Positions 31,626 to 46,884 of a stretch of 64,000 bases of DNA are shown in pieces; within the stretch, counting starts at the first letter, position 1, and each line of letters begins with the position of its first letter. Position numbers and translations under genes: made by a program. The stretch is taken from NCBI GenBank assembly GCA_963848295.1, contig CAWKDB010000011.1:192001-256000 (forward strand), written 5' to 3'. The DNA is from an uncultured delta proteobacterium (GTDB lineage: Bacteria; Myxococcota_A; Polyangia; Haliangiales; Haliangiaceae). The notes beneath the pieces were generated by a model. It was not told where the DNA came from. It worked only from the letters and a program-made list of their open reading frames with translations, and ran no database searches.

Positions 31626-32947
31626 AGGCGCTCGCGATCGCGGTCATGGTCGCGCTCGCCGCAGGCACCTCTCACGCACAGCTGGTCGACTACGATCCGA
31701 ACAGCGACGCGTGGAACGGGCTGTCGAGCTTCAAGGCGCTCGCCGGTGGCATGGGCAAGGACGTCACCACGCCGAGCTCGGTCGACTGGAGCGAGCTCGG
31801 CGCCGAGGACATCCTCGTGATCATCTATCCGCTGCAAGCGATCGACGCGCGCCGGCTCGAAGAGTTCATCCAAGCGGGCGGCAACGTCCTGATCGCGGAC
31901 GACTTCGGCGAAGCGCGCGACGCGATGGCGCGGCTGGGGCTGATCCGCGCGGACCGCTACGTCGCCACCCGGTTCTACGACAACAAGGTGTTCGCCCCGA
32001 TCGCGACCGCGAAGGCGAGCGATCATCCGATCGCACAGGACGTCGGTGATGTCGTCACGAACCACCCGGCGGCGTTCTCGCACGTCTCGGACGGCACGGT
32101 CGTGTTCGGGTTCGACGAGGGCGCGCTGGTCGTCGCGGGCAAGCGCGGCACCGGGCGGTTCGTCGCGCTCGCCGACCCGAGCATGCTGATCAATCGCATG
32201 CAGCAACAGCAATTCGGCGGCAACGTCCAGCTCGCGACCAACATCTTGCGCTGGCTCGATCGCGACGGGCGCGCTCGCCGAGTCGTCATCCTGCGCGGCG
32301 AGGTCTCGATGTTCGGCGATCCGCAGTCGTTTATCGCCGATCCGAACGACAGCTCGGTCGCGCGTTCGATCGACGAGATCAACAAGTGGCTGCACGGCGC
32401 GAAGGACTGGCTGCTCATCCCGAGCGGGATGCAAGGCCTCGCCGCCGCGCTCGCGACGCTGCTGCTCGTGCTCGCGGTCGCCGCGCTGCCGGTGCGCCGC
32501 GGCCCGAAGATCGACGGCGCCTGGCTGCGGTTCGGCCGGCCGGTGCGCCGCGACGAGCCTCACGCGGTGGTCGCTGCGGCCGAGCGCGCGGCCGACGGCG
32601 GTCCGTTGAACCGGGGGCGCGGGGCCGGCACGCTGCTCGTGCTCGCGTGCGTGATGCGGGACCAGGTTCAGGGCTTGCTCGCCGCGGCGGTCGGCAAGTC
32701 CGAGCCGTTGTATACGATGCCGGAGAGCGAGCTCGTCGCGCGGGTCGCGACCGCGCGCGGGACAGAGGCGGGTATCGCGCTGACCCGCGTGTACCGCCGG
32801 CTGCGGGCGTTGCCGAGCCGAGGTCAAGCGGCGGCGCCGTGGAGCGCCGGTCAGCTCGCCCGGCGCGATTTCGATGCGTTATACCGAGACGTCGCCGAGC
32901 TGTGTCGTACTCTCGGTCAGCCCCTCAGCGAAGCCGTGGAAGCCTGA
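31622..32947 (+). CDS. DUF4350-like domain protein
   Basis: Signal peptide, NSDAWNGLS, FIQAGGNVLIADDFG, GRFVALADPSMLIN, TM helix. Precedes moxR. Confidence 0.75.
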   Translation: MKALAIAVMVALAAGTSHAQLVDYDPNSDAWNGLSSFKALAGGMGKDVTTPSSVDWSELGAEDILVIIYPLQAIDARRLEEFIQAGGNVLIADDFGEARDAMARLGLIRADRYVATRFYDNKVFAPIATAKASDHPIAQDVGDVVTNHPAAFSHVSDGTVVFGFDEGALVVAGKRGTGRFVALADPSMLINRMQQQQFGGNVQLATNILRWLDRDGRARRVVILRGEVSMFGDPQSFIADPNDSSVARSIDEINKWLHGAKDWLLIPSGMQGLAAALATLLLVLAVAALPVRRGPKIDGAWLRFGRPVRRDEPHAVVAAAERAADGGPLNRGRGAGTLLVLACVMRDQVQGLLAAAVGKSEPLYTMPESELVARVATARGTEAGIALTRVYRRLRALPSRGQAAAPWSAGQLARRDFDALYRDVAELCRTLGQPLSEAVEA

Positions 32948-33919
<972 letters not shown>

Positions 33920-33949
33920 CGCGGCGATGCCGCGCGTCGGAGCCGGCGT

Positions 33950-35620
33950 TTGATCCCGCGCCTCGCCGCCCGCGGCAAGTACGTGCTCGGCACGGCGCTG
34001 CTGTTTCTCGTCGTCGGCGCCCTGCACGGCGCGCCGCCGCTCGTCGCTCTGGCGGGCGCGATCCTCAGCGTCTTGCTCGCGCTCTACTTGATGTTCTATC
34101 CGACCGCGATCTTGCTGCGGCGCAAGAAGATCGAGCTGTCCTGGTGGGTGCCGCCCGGCGACCAACCCAGTGGCGCGCTCGCCGCGGATCGGCCGTTCTT
34201 GTTGCACCTCGCGTTTCGCAATCACGGCAGCCGCAAGCTGCGAATCCTGTCGACCAAGATCCTCGCCGGCTCCGGCCTGCACATCGAGGAGCGGCCGAGC
34301 GCGACCGTGAAGCGCGGCGAGCAAGTCGAGGTCACGACGACGGTGCGCGCGCTCGCCGCGGGCTATCACGTGTTGCACGGCGCGGCGCTCGCGTTCGGCG
34401 ACGCGCTGGGCCTGTTCGACATCGAAGCGTTCTTCCCGAACCCGATCGCGGTCAAGGCGTTCCCGCGCACGACGGTGCTGCGCGGCGCGGCCGTGCGCGC
34501 TGGCCTCGGCGCGCTGCACGAGCAGGTCGGGCTCCATCACGTCCGCCGCCGCGGCCTCGCCGGTGAGCTTCGCGAGATCCGCGAGCACAGCCACGGCGAC
34601 CCGTTCAAGTTCATCGCGTGGAAGGCAACCGCGCGCCGCCAGCAACTGATGGTGCGCGAGCTCGAGAACGAGATCGTGACCACCCACGTCGTCATGCTCG
34701 ACGTCGGGACGGGCATGCGCGCCGGCCCACTCGGCAAGACCGCGCTCGACTGGGCGTGCGATGCGACCGCTGCGGTCGCGAAGATGGCGGTCGCGTCGAG
34801 CGATCGTATCGGCCTGGTCGCGTACGACACGCGCCCGGTGCTCGAGCTCGCGCCCGACACCGGCCATCACCACTACCTCCAGCTTGTCGACCGCTTGCTC
34901 GACACCCGGGCGATCGTCGACGCCGATCTCACCGACGTCACCGCGGGCGAGCTCGTGGCGCTCGTCGCGCGCTACCTCGCGCACCAAGAGGCGATCGACG
35001 TCCGGATCAAGATCGCGCCTCCACTCGACGATCCACACTGGAACGCGATCCAGGCCGGCCCCGACGGCCAGCTCTACGACGTCGCGGCGACCGCGCGGAT
35101 GTGCAAGCGCCTGATCGACGCGACCGGGGCGCGAGACGGCCTGGACAAGCAGCGCGCCCCGGTCGTGGTCGACGACGATCCTCAGATGCGGCCGCTGCGC
35201 GCGCTGTGCCGACTGCGCGGCATCGAGCTGCCGTATCGCACGGCGTGGGAGCACGGTCGACGCGCCGCCGGGCTCACGGCCGCGGTCGAACGCGCGGTCG
35301 CGGGTGGCCGGCCCGACGTCGCGATCATCGTCAGCGACCTCGCCGGCCTCGGGGAAGACGAGCCGCGTGCGACGCGGGCGATCGCGCGCCTGCGCCGAGC
35401 CGCAGGCACGGTCGTGGCATTGGTGCCGTCGCCCGCGGTGTTCTTGCCGGTGGCGCACACCACGCACGGCCGGCGCGCGAGGGAGTTGATGGTGCGCGAT
35501 GCGCGAGCGGCGCACGAGGCGGGACGCAAGCTGCTCGTTCGCCACGGCGTCCGGGTCGTCGAGGCGTCGGGGGCGGTCCCCCTCGACGCGCTACTGCACG
35601 GCCGGCGTAGCGCCGCTTAG
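33950..35620 (+). CDS. DUF58 domain protein (MoxR-associated, VWA-like)
   Basis: ELREIREHSHGDPFKFIAWKATAR, LMVRELE, VMLDVGTGM, DRIGLVAYD. Confidence 0.88.
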   Translation: MIPRLAARGKYVLGTALLFLVVGALHGAPPLVALAGAILSVLLALYLMFYPTAILLRRKKIELSWWVPPGDQPSGALAADRPFLLHLAFRNHGSRKLRILSTKILAGSGLHIEERPSATVKRGEQVEVTTTVRALAAGYHVLHGAALAFGDALGLFDIEAFFPNPIAVKAFPRTTVLRGAAVRAGLGALHEQVGLHHVRRRGLAGELREIREHSHGDPFKFIAWKATARRQQLMVRELENEIVTTHVVMLDVGTGMRAGPLGKTALDWACDATAAVAKMAVASSDRIGLVAYDTRPVLELAPDTGHHHYLQLVDRLLDTRAIVDADLTDVTAGELVALVARYLAHQEAIDVRIKIAPPLDDPHWNAIQAGPDGQLYDVAATARMCKRLIDATGARDGLDKQRAPVVVDDDPQMRPLRALCRLRGIELPYRTAWEHGRRAAGLTAAVERAVAGGRPDVAIIVSDLAGLGEDEPRATRAIARLRRAAGTVVALVPSPAVFLPVAHTTHGRRARELMVRDARAAHEAGRKLLVRHGVRVVEASGAVPLDALLHGRRSAA

Positions 35621-35634
35621 AAAAGCGTGTGCTG

Positions 35635-35865
35635 CTACTCGCCGATCTCCAGGTGCGACTGGACGACGGTGATGCTCCACGCATGGGCCGCGTCCTTACC
35701 AAACGTGGTGGTCGAGGCCGAGACCGCGTCTCCACCCTTGCCGGCCGCCTTCGAGGTCACCGACCCGATCGAGATGGCGGTCAGCAAGACGGCCGCCCCG
35801 ATGAACAGAGCGTCCCTCCAGCGATCGCGGAGATGACGGCGAGCGATGTCGGTCAGATTCCCCAT
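35635..35865 (-). CDS. Small single-TM hypothetical protein (76 aa)
   Basis: GGAGG SD 7 nt before ATG 35865; MGNLTDIARRHLRDRWRDALFIGAAVLLTAISIGSV... Confidence 0.7.
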   Translation of the reverse strand: MGNLTDIARRHLRDRWRDALFIGAAVLLTAISIGSVTSKAAGKGGDAVSASTTTFGKDAAHAWSITVVQSHLEIGE

Positions 35866-36103
35866 GGCAGTACCTCCAGCTAAAGAACTCCCACCATAAC
35901 AATACCAAGTCCCATGTCGGGTGTCACGCAAATCGCGTGAAAACGACCCTCCGGGGGGATCGATGTTGTCGTCGAGAAATGCCGAAACATCGCGACACCG
36001 AGCACCCTGGCCTACATCACGGGACAACACGTACGTGGGAGTCACCTACACGCCGTCACGTGGATGCTGCACGCCCCCGACCCGCGGTTGACGCGTCGTC
36101 GTT

Positions 36104-37285
36104 CTACGAGAGTCGTTCTTCGGCCTCGAGGCGATCCGACAACGATGCGATGTCGCCGCGCAACGCCGCGCCACACACATGACAGTGCGTATCGCTGTCG
36201 CGCACGATCGCCGAGCAGGCCGAGCAGCGCGGCACGCGCACGCGCCGACCGACGACATGGCCAGCGCACGCGCTGCCGAGCGCGATCACCGGCGCCGCGC
36301 CACGGCTGGCGACGAGCGCGGCGATGCCGACGCCGAGCACGGTCCCGGCGACCATCCCTACGCCACCGCGGTTCGTGCGCCAACGAAACGCGGTGCGCTC
36401 GATCGCGACCGGCTCGTCGAGCGCGACCGCTTCGAACGGCTCGATCGCGGGGCGCGTCGCGATGGCAGGGAGGTCGACCGCGATACCGAGCTCGGCGCGC
36501 AGCTCGCCGCCCGTGTCGCGCAGCGCTGCCATCCACGCGGTGACCTCGTCGCGCTGCGGCGGCTCGAGGCCACGCGGCGGGGTGGTCTCGCCGCGCACGA
36601 CGGTCTGCACCGCGAGCAAGAACGCGAGCTCGGACATGTCGAGGTACCCGGCCTGCAGCACGTCGTACTCGATCGGCGCGTAGCCGCCGTAGAACCGACC
36701 GCTGCGCGTGTACTGCTGGAACGCGGCGTTCACGGCGAGCACCCCGAGCCCGAGGTAGACCGTCGCGATCGAGCCGCGCTCGTGGTCGCGTTCGGGATCG
36801 ACATCGATCTCGTCGCGCTCGTTCGCGCGATACGGGTCCGGCGCCAGCTGGCGCGCGATCATCGCGTGCGCGACACCGACTTCGTGCGCGAGCGTGCCGG
36901 CGACGTTGTCGTCGCCGATATGCATCGCGGACAGCACCGCGACAAACCCTGCCGGCGATTGTTCGTCGGTGGGACGGAGCTCGATCACCGCACAGTCGGT
37001 CGCGGGTTTGCGCTCGGTCGGTGGCGCACCGACCAGCTCGTCGAGCACGACCGCGCCGCACAGCGGGCGCGGGTTCGTACCGGCCGCGTTCGCATGCGAG
37101 ATCAATCGCCGCACGAGCAGCTCGACCCCCGAGCAACTCGGGGCCCACGGCTCGGGGAACGCCGCTGGGCCGGGCACGACCGGCGGCAGCAGCAGCGAGG
37201 CCGCGCCGCCTGCCGCGATCAGCTCCGCCAGAGCCGCGAGTAGATCGCGACGCCGCTCGGGCTCCGGCTGCTCGGGCACCGCCAC
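36104..37285 (-). CDS. Hypothetical protein with a degenerate zincin-like motif, two TMs and a C-terminal double CxxC
   Basis: LAHEVGVAH, ATVYLGLGVLAVN, AGYL, CSAC...CHVC. Confidence 0.7.
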   Translation of the reverse strand: MAVPEQPEPERRRDLLAALAELIAAGGAASLLLPPVVPGPAAFPEPWAPSCSGVELLVRRLISHANAAGTNPRPLCGAVVLDELVGAPPTERKPATDCAVIELRPTDEQSPAGFVAVLSAMHIGDDNVAGTLAHEVGVAHAMIARQLAPDPYRANERDEIDVDPERDHERGSIATVYLGLGVLAVNAAFQQYTRSGRFYGGYAPIEYDVLQAGYLDMSELAFLLAVQTVVRGETTPPRGLEPPQRDEVTAWMAALRDTGGELRAELGIAVDLPAIATRPAIEPFEAVALDEPVAIERTAFRWRTNRGGVGMVAGTVLGVGIAALVASRGAAPVIALGSACAGHVVGRRVRVPRCSACSAIVRDSDTHCHVCGAALRGDIASLSDRLEAEERLS

Positions 37286-37305
37286 GCCTGGCTATGTAGC
37301 ACGCC

Positions 37306-41376
<4,071 letters not shown>

Positions 41377-41443
41377 GGCACTCCGCTGACTAGCCGCGGC
41401 AGGGTGCACCAACCCTATGACACTGACGTGCTATCACGTCGGG

Positions 41444-43186
41444 GTGCGCTGGGTAGCTGGCATCGCGATCGCGCTGTGTACGGCGGTGGCCGTCGCCGCG
41501 CCGCAGGTCGATATCAAGGCCCAGACCCAGGTCTCGCTGAGCTCGTTCCGGCTCGCCGGAGCAGGTCGCGCCGAGGTCCGAGGCCGGCTCACCGACAAGC
41601 TGACCGGCGAGGGGCTCTCCGGCGAGATCGTGACGATCAGGGTCGGGTCGGAGACCGTGCGAGGCTATACCGAGCTCGACGGCACCTTCACCGCGCAGCT
41701 CGATGTCGACGACGGCCCGCAGGTGGTCACGCTCGCGTTTCCCGGCGGCGGTGCGCTCGATCCGGCCAGCCCCACCACCGTGACCAGCGATCCGTCGAAG
41801 GCGCCGGTCGCGCTCGATGTCCGCAAGGTCGATGACGATCCGCGCGGGGTCAAGCTGATCGTGCGGGCCAGCGTCGACGGCGAGCCGATCGCACTGCCGA
41901 TCGCGCTATCGATCAGCGCGCCGGGCAGCGACAAGCGCGTCGAGCTGCCACCAGCGACGTCGAACCAGCCGCTCGTGGTCGGCCGCAAGCAAGTCGGTGG
42001 TCCCGGGCCCAAGCAATTGCGCGCCGCGTTCGCGGGCGATCTCACCCACCAGCCGGCGAGCGCCGAGACGACGTTCGAGCTGTCCGCGACGACGCAGACC
42101 ACGATGTCGTTGGCGAGCGCGACCTTGCCCTTCGAGGACAAGCTCGCGGTCACCGGCCAAGTCATCGACGAGGACGGCGCGCCCGTGCCGCTCGCGGCGG
42201 TCACTCTCAGCGCAAACGAGCGAGAGCTCGCCCACGGCCAGACCGGCGACGACGGCCACTATGCCTTCGAGGTCGAGGGCGCGGTGATCGCGCCAGACAA
42301 GACCGATCTGCCCGAGCCGTTCACGCTGCAAGTCGCGAGCGATCCGGGCAAGCCGTTCCTGACCTCGAGCAAGTCACCGCCCGCGACCGTGAAGGTCGAG
42401 AAACCGCAGCCCGTGCCTGTGTCGTACACGATGGGTGCGTTCCTCGTCACCGCGCTGGCCGCGGGCGGGTTCTTCGCCGCGCGCGGTAAGCCGTGGCAAC
42501 GGTTTCGTCGCCGCGCGCCGCCGGCCGAAGCGACGGAGGCCGCCGAGCCCGTGGTCGCGCGCGACGGCGGCATGGTGATCGCGAAGCCGAGCATGATGTC
42601 GACGCTGCGCCGCGCCGCCGATGACGGGTTCTCGGGCGCGGTCCGCGACACGGTGCGCGGCCGTCCGGTCGGTGAGGCGGTCGTCCGCCTGGTGTTCGGT
42701 GCGCTCGACGGCCGCGGCTTGCCCGCGGTCGGCAGCGCCGCCGAAGGGCGGCGCGGTGAGAGCGAGCTGGAAGCTCGGACCGCCGCCGACGGCAGCTTCG
42801 CGTTCGAGCGGCTCGAGCCCGGCGAGTGGCGCGCCGAGGTCGCGGCGCCCGGGCACGTCACCGAGCGGTTCGCGGTCACGATCCCGCATCGCGGCGAGCT
42901 CCGCGGCGTCCGCGTCGACCTCGTGCCGGTGCGCGAGCGCGTGTTCCAGCTCTATCGCCGCGCCGCCGAGCCGGTGCTTCCCGAGCCGCGGCTGTGGGGC
43001 GTGTGGTCGCCGCGCCAGATCGTCGATCACGTGCGCGCGCGTCGGCCGAGCCCTGCGCTCGCCGAGCTGACCGACTTCGTCGAAGAGGTCTACTTCTCGG
43101 CGCGATTGTCTGAAGAGACGGCGCTCGTCCTCGCCTCTGCGCGCGTCGATCGCGCGATTGCGGAACGAGCGACAGGCCGCGCTTAG
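41444..43186 (+). CDS. Secreted/membrane protein with Ig-like and carboxypeptidase-regulatory-like domains, a TM helix and a DUF4129-like C-terminus
   Basis: Signal peptide; GQVIDEDGAPVPLAAVTL; RTAADGSFAFERLEPGEWRAEVAAPGH; WSPRQI...LTDFVEEVYF. Confidence 0.7.
   Translation: MRWVAGIAIALCTAVAVAAPQVDIKAQTQVSLSSFRLAGAGRAEVRGRLTDKLTGEGLSGEIVTIRVGSETVRGYTELDGTFTAQLDVDDGPQVVTLAFPGGGALDPASPTTVTSDPSKAPVALDVRKVDDDPRGVKLIVRASVDGEPIALPIALSISAPGSDKRVELPPATSNQPLVVGRKQVGGPGPKQLRAAFAGDLTHQPASAETTFELSATTQTTMSLASATLPFEDKLAVTGQVIDEDGAPVPLAAVTLSANERELAHGQTGDDGHYAFEVEGAVIAPDKTDLPEPFTLQVASDPGKPFLTSSKSPPATVKVEKPQPVPVSYTMGAFLVTALAAGGFFAARGKPWQRFRRRAPPAEATEAAEPVVARDGGMVIAKPSMMSTLRRAADDGFSGAVRDTVRGRPVGEAVVRLVFGALDGRGLPAVGSAAEGRRGESELEARTAADGSFAFERLEPGEWRAEVAAPGHVTERFAVTIPHRGELRGVRVDLVPVRERVFQLYRRAAEPVLPEPRLWGVWSPRQIVDHVRARRPSPALAELTDFVEEVYFSARLSEETALVLASARVDRAIAERATGRA
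42714..42760 (+). repeat. Intragenic palindromic element copy
   Basis: GCGCCGCC-GAAG-GGCGGCGC hairpin. 37/47 ungapped identity to 14513-14559. Confidence 0.8.
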
Positions 43187-43210
43187 AAGGTTGCGGTATA
43201 CGTCCGGGCG

Positions 43211-44407
43211 ATGCAGACAGAGCTGATCGAGCTCGCCGGCGCGATCGTCGGACTCGCGCTGATCATGTTCGTGTTGCGGCGCGCGTCGGCCAGGAGCCGA
43301 GAGCGAGCGCCGGACAGCATTCGCGAGCGACTCGGCGTCGAACCGGCGCAAGAGCTCGCCAAGCCGCGCCGCGAGCGCAAGCGCCCTCGCCCGGGCAAGC
43401 CCGAGCCCGCGAAGGTTGAGAAAAAGCCGGCCAAGAAGCCCGAGCCCGAGGACGAGCACGAGGAGGAGCACGAGGACGGCCACGCCGATCCCGAGGCCGC
43501 GGCCGCCTACCAGGCCGGGCTGGCGAAGACGCGCGGCGGGTTCGTCGCGCGCCTCGGCAAGCTGTTCGGCAAGAAGAAGATCGACGCGACCACCCTCGAC
43601 GAGCTCGAACAGGTGCTGTTCACCGCCGACATCGGGCCGCGCGCCGCCGATCGGATCTTCCAAGCGGTCAAGCTCGGCTTGTCGAAGAACGAGCTCGAGG
43701 AGTCCGACAAGATCTGGGTGAAGATCAAACAGACGTCGCGCGAGATCCTCGCGGTCGACGCGCCCGAGCTCGACCTCGAGCGCGCACATCCATTCGTGCT
43801 GCTCGTGCTCGGCGTCAATGGCGTCGGTAAGACCACGACGATCGGCAAGCTCGCCGCGAAGTGGAAGGCCACCGGCAAGAAGGTGCTGCTCGCCGCCGGC
43901 GATACGTTCCGCGCCGCCGCGACCGAGCAGCTCGAAGAATGGGCCAAGCGCGCCGAGGTCGAGATCGTCAAAGGCAAGGCCGGTGGCGATCCGTCGTCGG
44001 TGATCTTCGACGCGATCAAGCGCGGCGTCGACGAGGGCTTCGACCTGGTGATCTGCGATACCGCCGGCCGGCTGCACTCCAACGCGGGCCTGATGGACGA
44101 GCTCAAGAAGCTGCGCCGCGTCAGCGACAAGGCGATGCCCGGCGCGCCCCACGAGACCTGGATGGTGCTCGATGCGACGACCGGCCAGAACGCGATCGAA
44201 CAGGCCAAGACCTTCAAGAAGGACATGGAGATCACCGGGATCGTCCTGACCAAGCTCGACGGCTCGTCGAAGGGCGGCGTCGTGCTCGGCATCTGCGACG
44301 AGCTCAAGGTCCCGGTCAGGTTCATCGGCGTGGGCGAAAAGATCGCCGACCTCCGGCCGTTCGAGCCGGAGGTCTTCGTCGAGGCGCTCTACGACAAGGC
44401 CCCGTAA
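43211..44407 (+). CDS. ftsY: Signal recognition particle receptor FtsY
   Basis: [53 protein letters not shown]. Confidence 0.97.
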   Translation: MQTELIELAGAIVGLALIMFVLRRASARSRERAPDSIRERLGVEPAQELAKPRRERKRPRPGKPEPAKVEKKPAKKPEPEDEHEEEHEDGHADPEAAAAYQAGLAKTRGGFVARLGKLFGKKKIDATTLDELEQVLFTADIGPRAADRIFQAVKLGLSKNELEESDKIWVKIKQTSREILAVDAPELDLERAHPFVLLVLGVNGVGKTTTIGKLAAKWKATGKKVLLAAGDTFRAAATEQLEEWAKRAEVEIVKGKAGGDPSSVIFDAIKRGVDEGFDLVICDTAGRLHSNAGLMDELKKLRRVSDKAMPGAPHETWMVLDATTGQNAIEQAKTFKKDMEITGIVLTKLDGSSKGGVVLGICDELKVPVRFIGVGEKIADLRPFEPEVFVEALYDKAP

Positions 44408-44561
44408 CCGCCGATCGATCGGCCCACGTCGGGGCCGGTTCCCAGACATCTGCTGACGTCCCCTAACCGGAGCGCAATAGGGGGCTGGCTTTATGTGTCA
44501 GCCGGCCACCCGCCCGGTCAAACCGTGGCAGCCGGCTTGAGGGCCGAGAAAGTCACGTGTT

Positions 44562-45614
44562 ATGAAGCGTCTACGAATGGGGACTCTCAAACATCGATCG
44601 ACGTCCTGCCTGATCGTGGCCCTGGCGCTCGTCGCTGGTTCCGCGCTCGGGGCTCCGAAAAAGGGCAGCAGCGGCGCCAAGAAGGGCGGCGCCACCCCCG
44701 CCAAGGGTAGCGGCTCTGCCTCTGGCGACGCGGGCGAGATCGAGATGGACGACTCCGGCGGCGCCAAAGGCGGTGGCGGGGGATCGGCGGCAGGGGCCGG
44801 TAGCGGCGGCGGCAGCGGTGACAGCGGCGAGATCGAGATGGACGATGACAGCAACAAGCCGCCGAGCGACCTCGCGGCTGATCTGGCCAGCTCTGGCAGC
44901 GACACCGGACCGGTCAAGGTCGGCGCGGTCAAGAAGACCCCGCTGTCGTGGGCCGACATCCTCGTCGTCGTGCGCAAGCCGTTCTTGAAGACCGGCCGTA
45001 CCGAGCTCGCTCCGTTCGTCGGCATCACGATGAACGACAACATCATTCGCCACCAATCGATCGGCGGCGAGCTGTCGTACTACCTGACCGACGTGCTCGC
45101 GATCGGCGTCGAGGGCCAGTACTTCACGCATACGTTCGAAGAGCCGTTCGACCTCGTCGCGCGCCAGGCGCGCCGGCTGCCGACCGTCAACGATTACAAG
45201 TGGGGCGCCGCGCTCGACTTCCACTACGTCCCCGTCTACGGCAAGTTCGCCGTGCTCGACCACAAGCTGGTGTCGTGGGAGGTGTTCTTCACCGCCGGCA
45301 TCGGCGCCGGTCAGAGCGAGGTCATCCCGCGCGATTCGCGCTACCCCGGGTTCACGAACTTCCTGATCCAACCGAACGTCGGCGCGAGCATGCGGTTCTT
45401 CCTCGCGAAGTGGCTGACCGTCAGCCTCGGCGTGCGCGACTACGCCTTCATCGACCACTTCGAGCCCGTCGACCGCGGCGGGCCGATGATGCAGAACGTG
45501 ACCGCGAGCGAGGCGTCGGCGAACGCCGACAGCTCGTTCATCAACAACATCATGTTCCAGGTCGGCATCAGCTTCTGGCTCCCGACCTCCTTCGAATACA
45601 CCACCTTCCGCTGA
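44562..45614 (+). CDS. Myxobacterial outer-membrane beta-barrel protein (GltA/GltB-like family) with a Gly/Ser/acidic N-terminal extension
   Basis: [64 protein letters not shown]. Confidence 0.8.
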   Translation: MKRLRMGTLKHRSTSCLIVALALVAGSALGAPKKGSSGAKKGGATPAKGSGSASGDAGEIEMDDSGGAKGGGGGSAAGAGSGGGSGDSGEIEMDDDSNKPPSDLAADLASSGSDTGPVKVGAVKKTPLSWADILVVVRKPFLKTGRTELAPFVGITMNDNIIRHQSIGGELSYYLTDVLAIGVEGQYFTHTFEEPFDLVARQARRLPTVNDYKWGAALDFHYVPVYGKFAVLDHKLVSWEVFFTAGIGAGQSEVIPRDSRYPGFTNFLIQPNVGASMRFFLAKWLTVSLGVRDYAFIDHFEPVDRGGPMMQNVTASEASANADSSFINNIMFQVGISFWLPTSFEYTTFR

Positions 45615-45625
45615 CCGGAGCGATC

Positions 45626-46486
45626 ATGGCCAAACCAGCATTATTCGTGGCCGCGCTGATCGGCGTGGCAATCACAGCGAGCCGGGCGAACGCCGACGAC
45701 TACATCGGTCACCGCACGAACAATCTCGCGAAGGACGTCGCGGTCCGCCATCGCCGGTTGCTCGTCAAGCATCGCATCGAGCTGACCCCGTTGTTCGAGT
45801 CGACGATCAACGCGGACTACCAGCACATCGTCGGCGGCGGCCTCAAGTTCGAGTACCACTTCAGCGACATGTTCTCGATCGGCGTGATCGGCGTCGCGTC
45901 GACCGCGTTCCACACCGCGCTCGTCGACAACATCATCAACTCGCCGCTGCCGGATAGCCCGACCGCGGGCGTCCGCGACCCGAGCAAGACCGAGTACCTC
46001 GATCACCTCAACTCGATGCCGTTTCACGGCGCCGCGTACCTGAGCCTCACGCCCTGGTACGGCAAGCTCGCCGCGTTCAGCTCGGCCTACGTCGCGTTCG
46101 ACTTCTACTTCCAGGCCGGCGTCGCGTTCGCGTCGCTGTCGAGCAACTGCCCGGTCAGCGTGTGCAGCGATCCCGATCCGGGGAAGCCGACGACCAACGC
46201 GATGGGCATGACCGTGCCACCTGACCTCAACCCGAACAACGATGCGCCGCTCAACAGCGGCGGCCGCGTCGGTCTCTACCTCGGCGGCGGCATTCACGTG
46301 TTCCTGAACGACTTCCTCGCGCTCGACCTCACGGTCCGCGACTACGCGTTCTCGGACAACCCGTCGGGCGCCGACGTCAACGCCGACCTCGCGGTGACCT
46401 CGGCGGACAACCAGTTCCTGAACCACCTGTTCTTCGGCGTCGGCCTGTCGATCATGCTGCCGACGACCGTCGTCCGCACGCCGTAG
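45626..46486 (+). CDS. Second myxobacterial outer-membrane beta-barrel protein (GltA/GltB-like family)
   Basis: VAVRHRRLLVKHRIELTP...INADY, LTPWYGKLAAF, GGIHVFL, LTVRDY, HLFFGVGLSIMLP. GGAG SD, ATG 45626. Confidence 0.8.
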   Translation: MAKPALFVAALIGVAITASRANADDYIGHRTNNLAKDVAVRHRRLLVKHRIELTPLFESTINADYQHIVGGGLKFEYHFSDMFSIGVIGVASTAFHTALVDNIINSPLPDSPTAGVRDPSKTEYLDHLNSMPFHGAAYLSLTPWYGKLAAFSSAYVAFDFYFQAGVAFASLSSNCPVSVCSDPDPGKPTTNAMGMTVPPDLNPNNDAPLNSGGRVGLYLGGGIHVFLNDFLALDLTVRDYAFSDNPSGADVNADLAVTSADNQFLNHLFFGVGLSIMLPTTVVRTP

Positions 46487-46512
46487 CCCCGAGTTGAATC
46501 GATCGGCCGGGC

Positions 46513-46884
46513 CTACTGGCAGTAGTCGGTCCCGCTCTGCTGGCCGTCGCGGAGCACGACGCAGGTCGAGACCGTCTGCTGGTTCGTCGTGATCGAGACG
46601 ACGACCTGGTTGCCCACGACCGCCGGGAACGGCTGCGTGGTGAAGCTGCCGTCGTCGCTGATCCGCTGGATCACCCCGCTGCCGACCGTGTCGTTGAACA
46701 CGTAGGCGGTGCCCGCCTCGTACAAGTCGTTCGACGGATAGCTCATGACGCCGGTCCCGGTCGACGTCGAGTCCGGCGGCGTGATCTGCACCGTCATCTG
46801 CGACGGGTCGGGCGGCGGGATCGGGATCGATGGCGTCACACAGCCGGCGAGGCTGACCAAAGCGATGACGACGAGGCGGCGCAT
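46513..46884 (-). CDS. Small lipoprotein
   Basis: Lipobox LAGC followed by PSIPIPPP. Confidence 0.75.
   Translation of the reverse strand: MRRLVVIALVSLAGCVTPSIPIPPPDPSQMTVQITPPDSTSTGTGVMSYPSNDLYEAGTAYVFNDTVGSGVIQRISDDGSFTTQPFPAVVGNQVVVSITTNQQTVSTCVVLRDGQQSGTDYCQ

Noticed and set aside
44408..44561. c-di-GMP-I riboswitch upstream of the OM barrel genes
   Set aside because: Several hairpins and CAGCCGG-like words are present, but I could not find the P1 GGCAAAC...GAAA layout. An Rfam cmscan would be needed.
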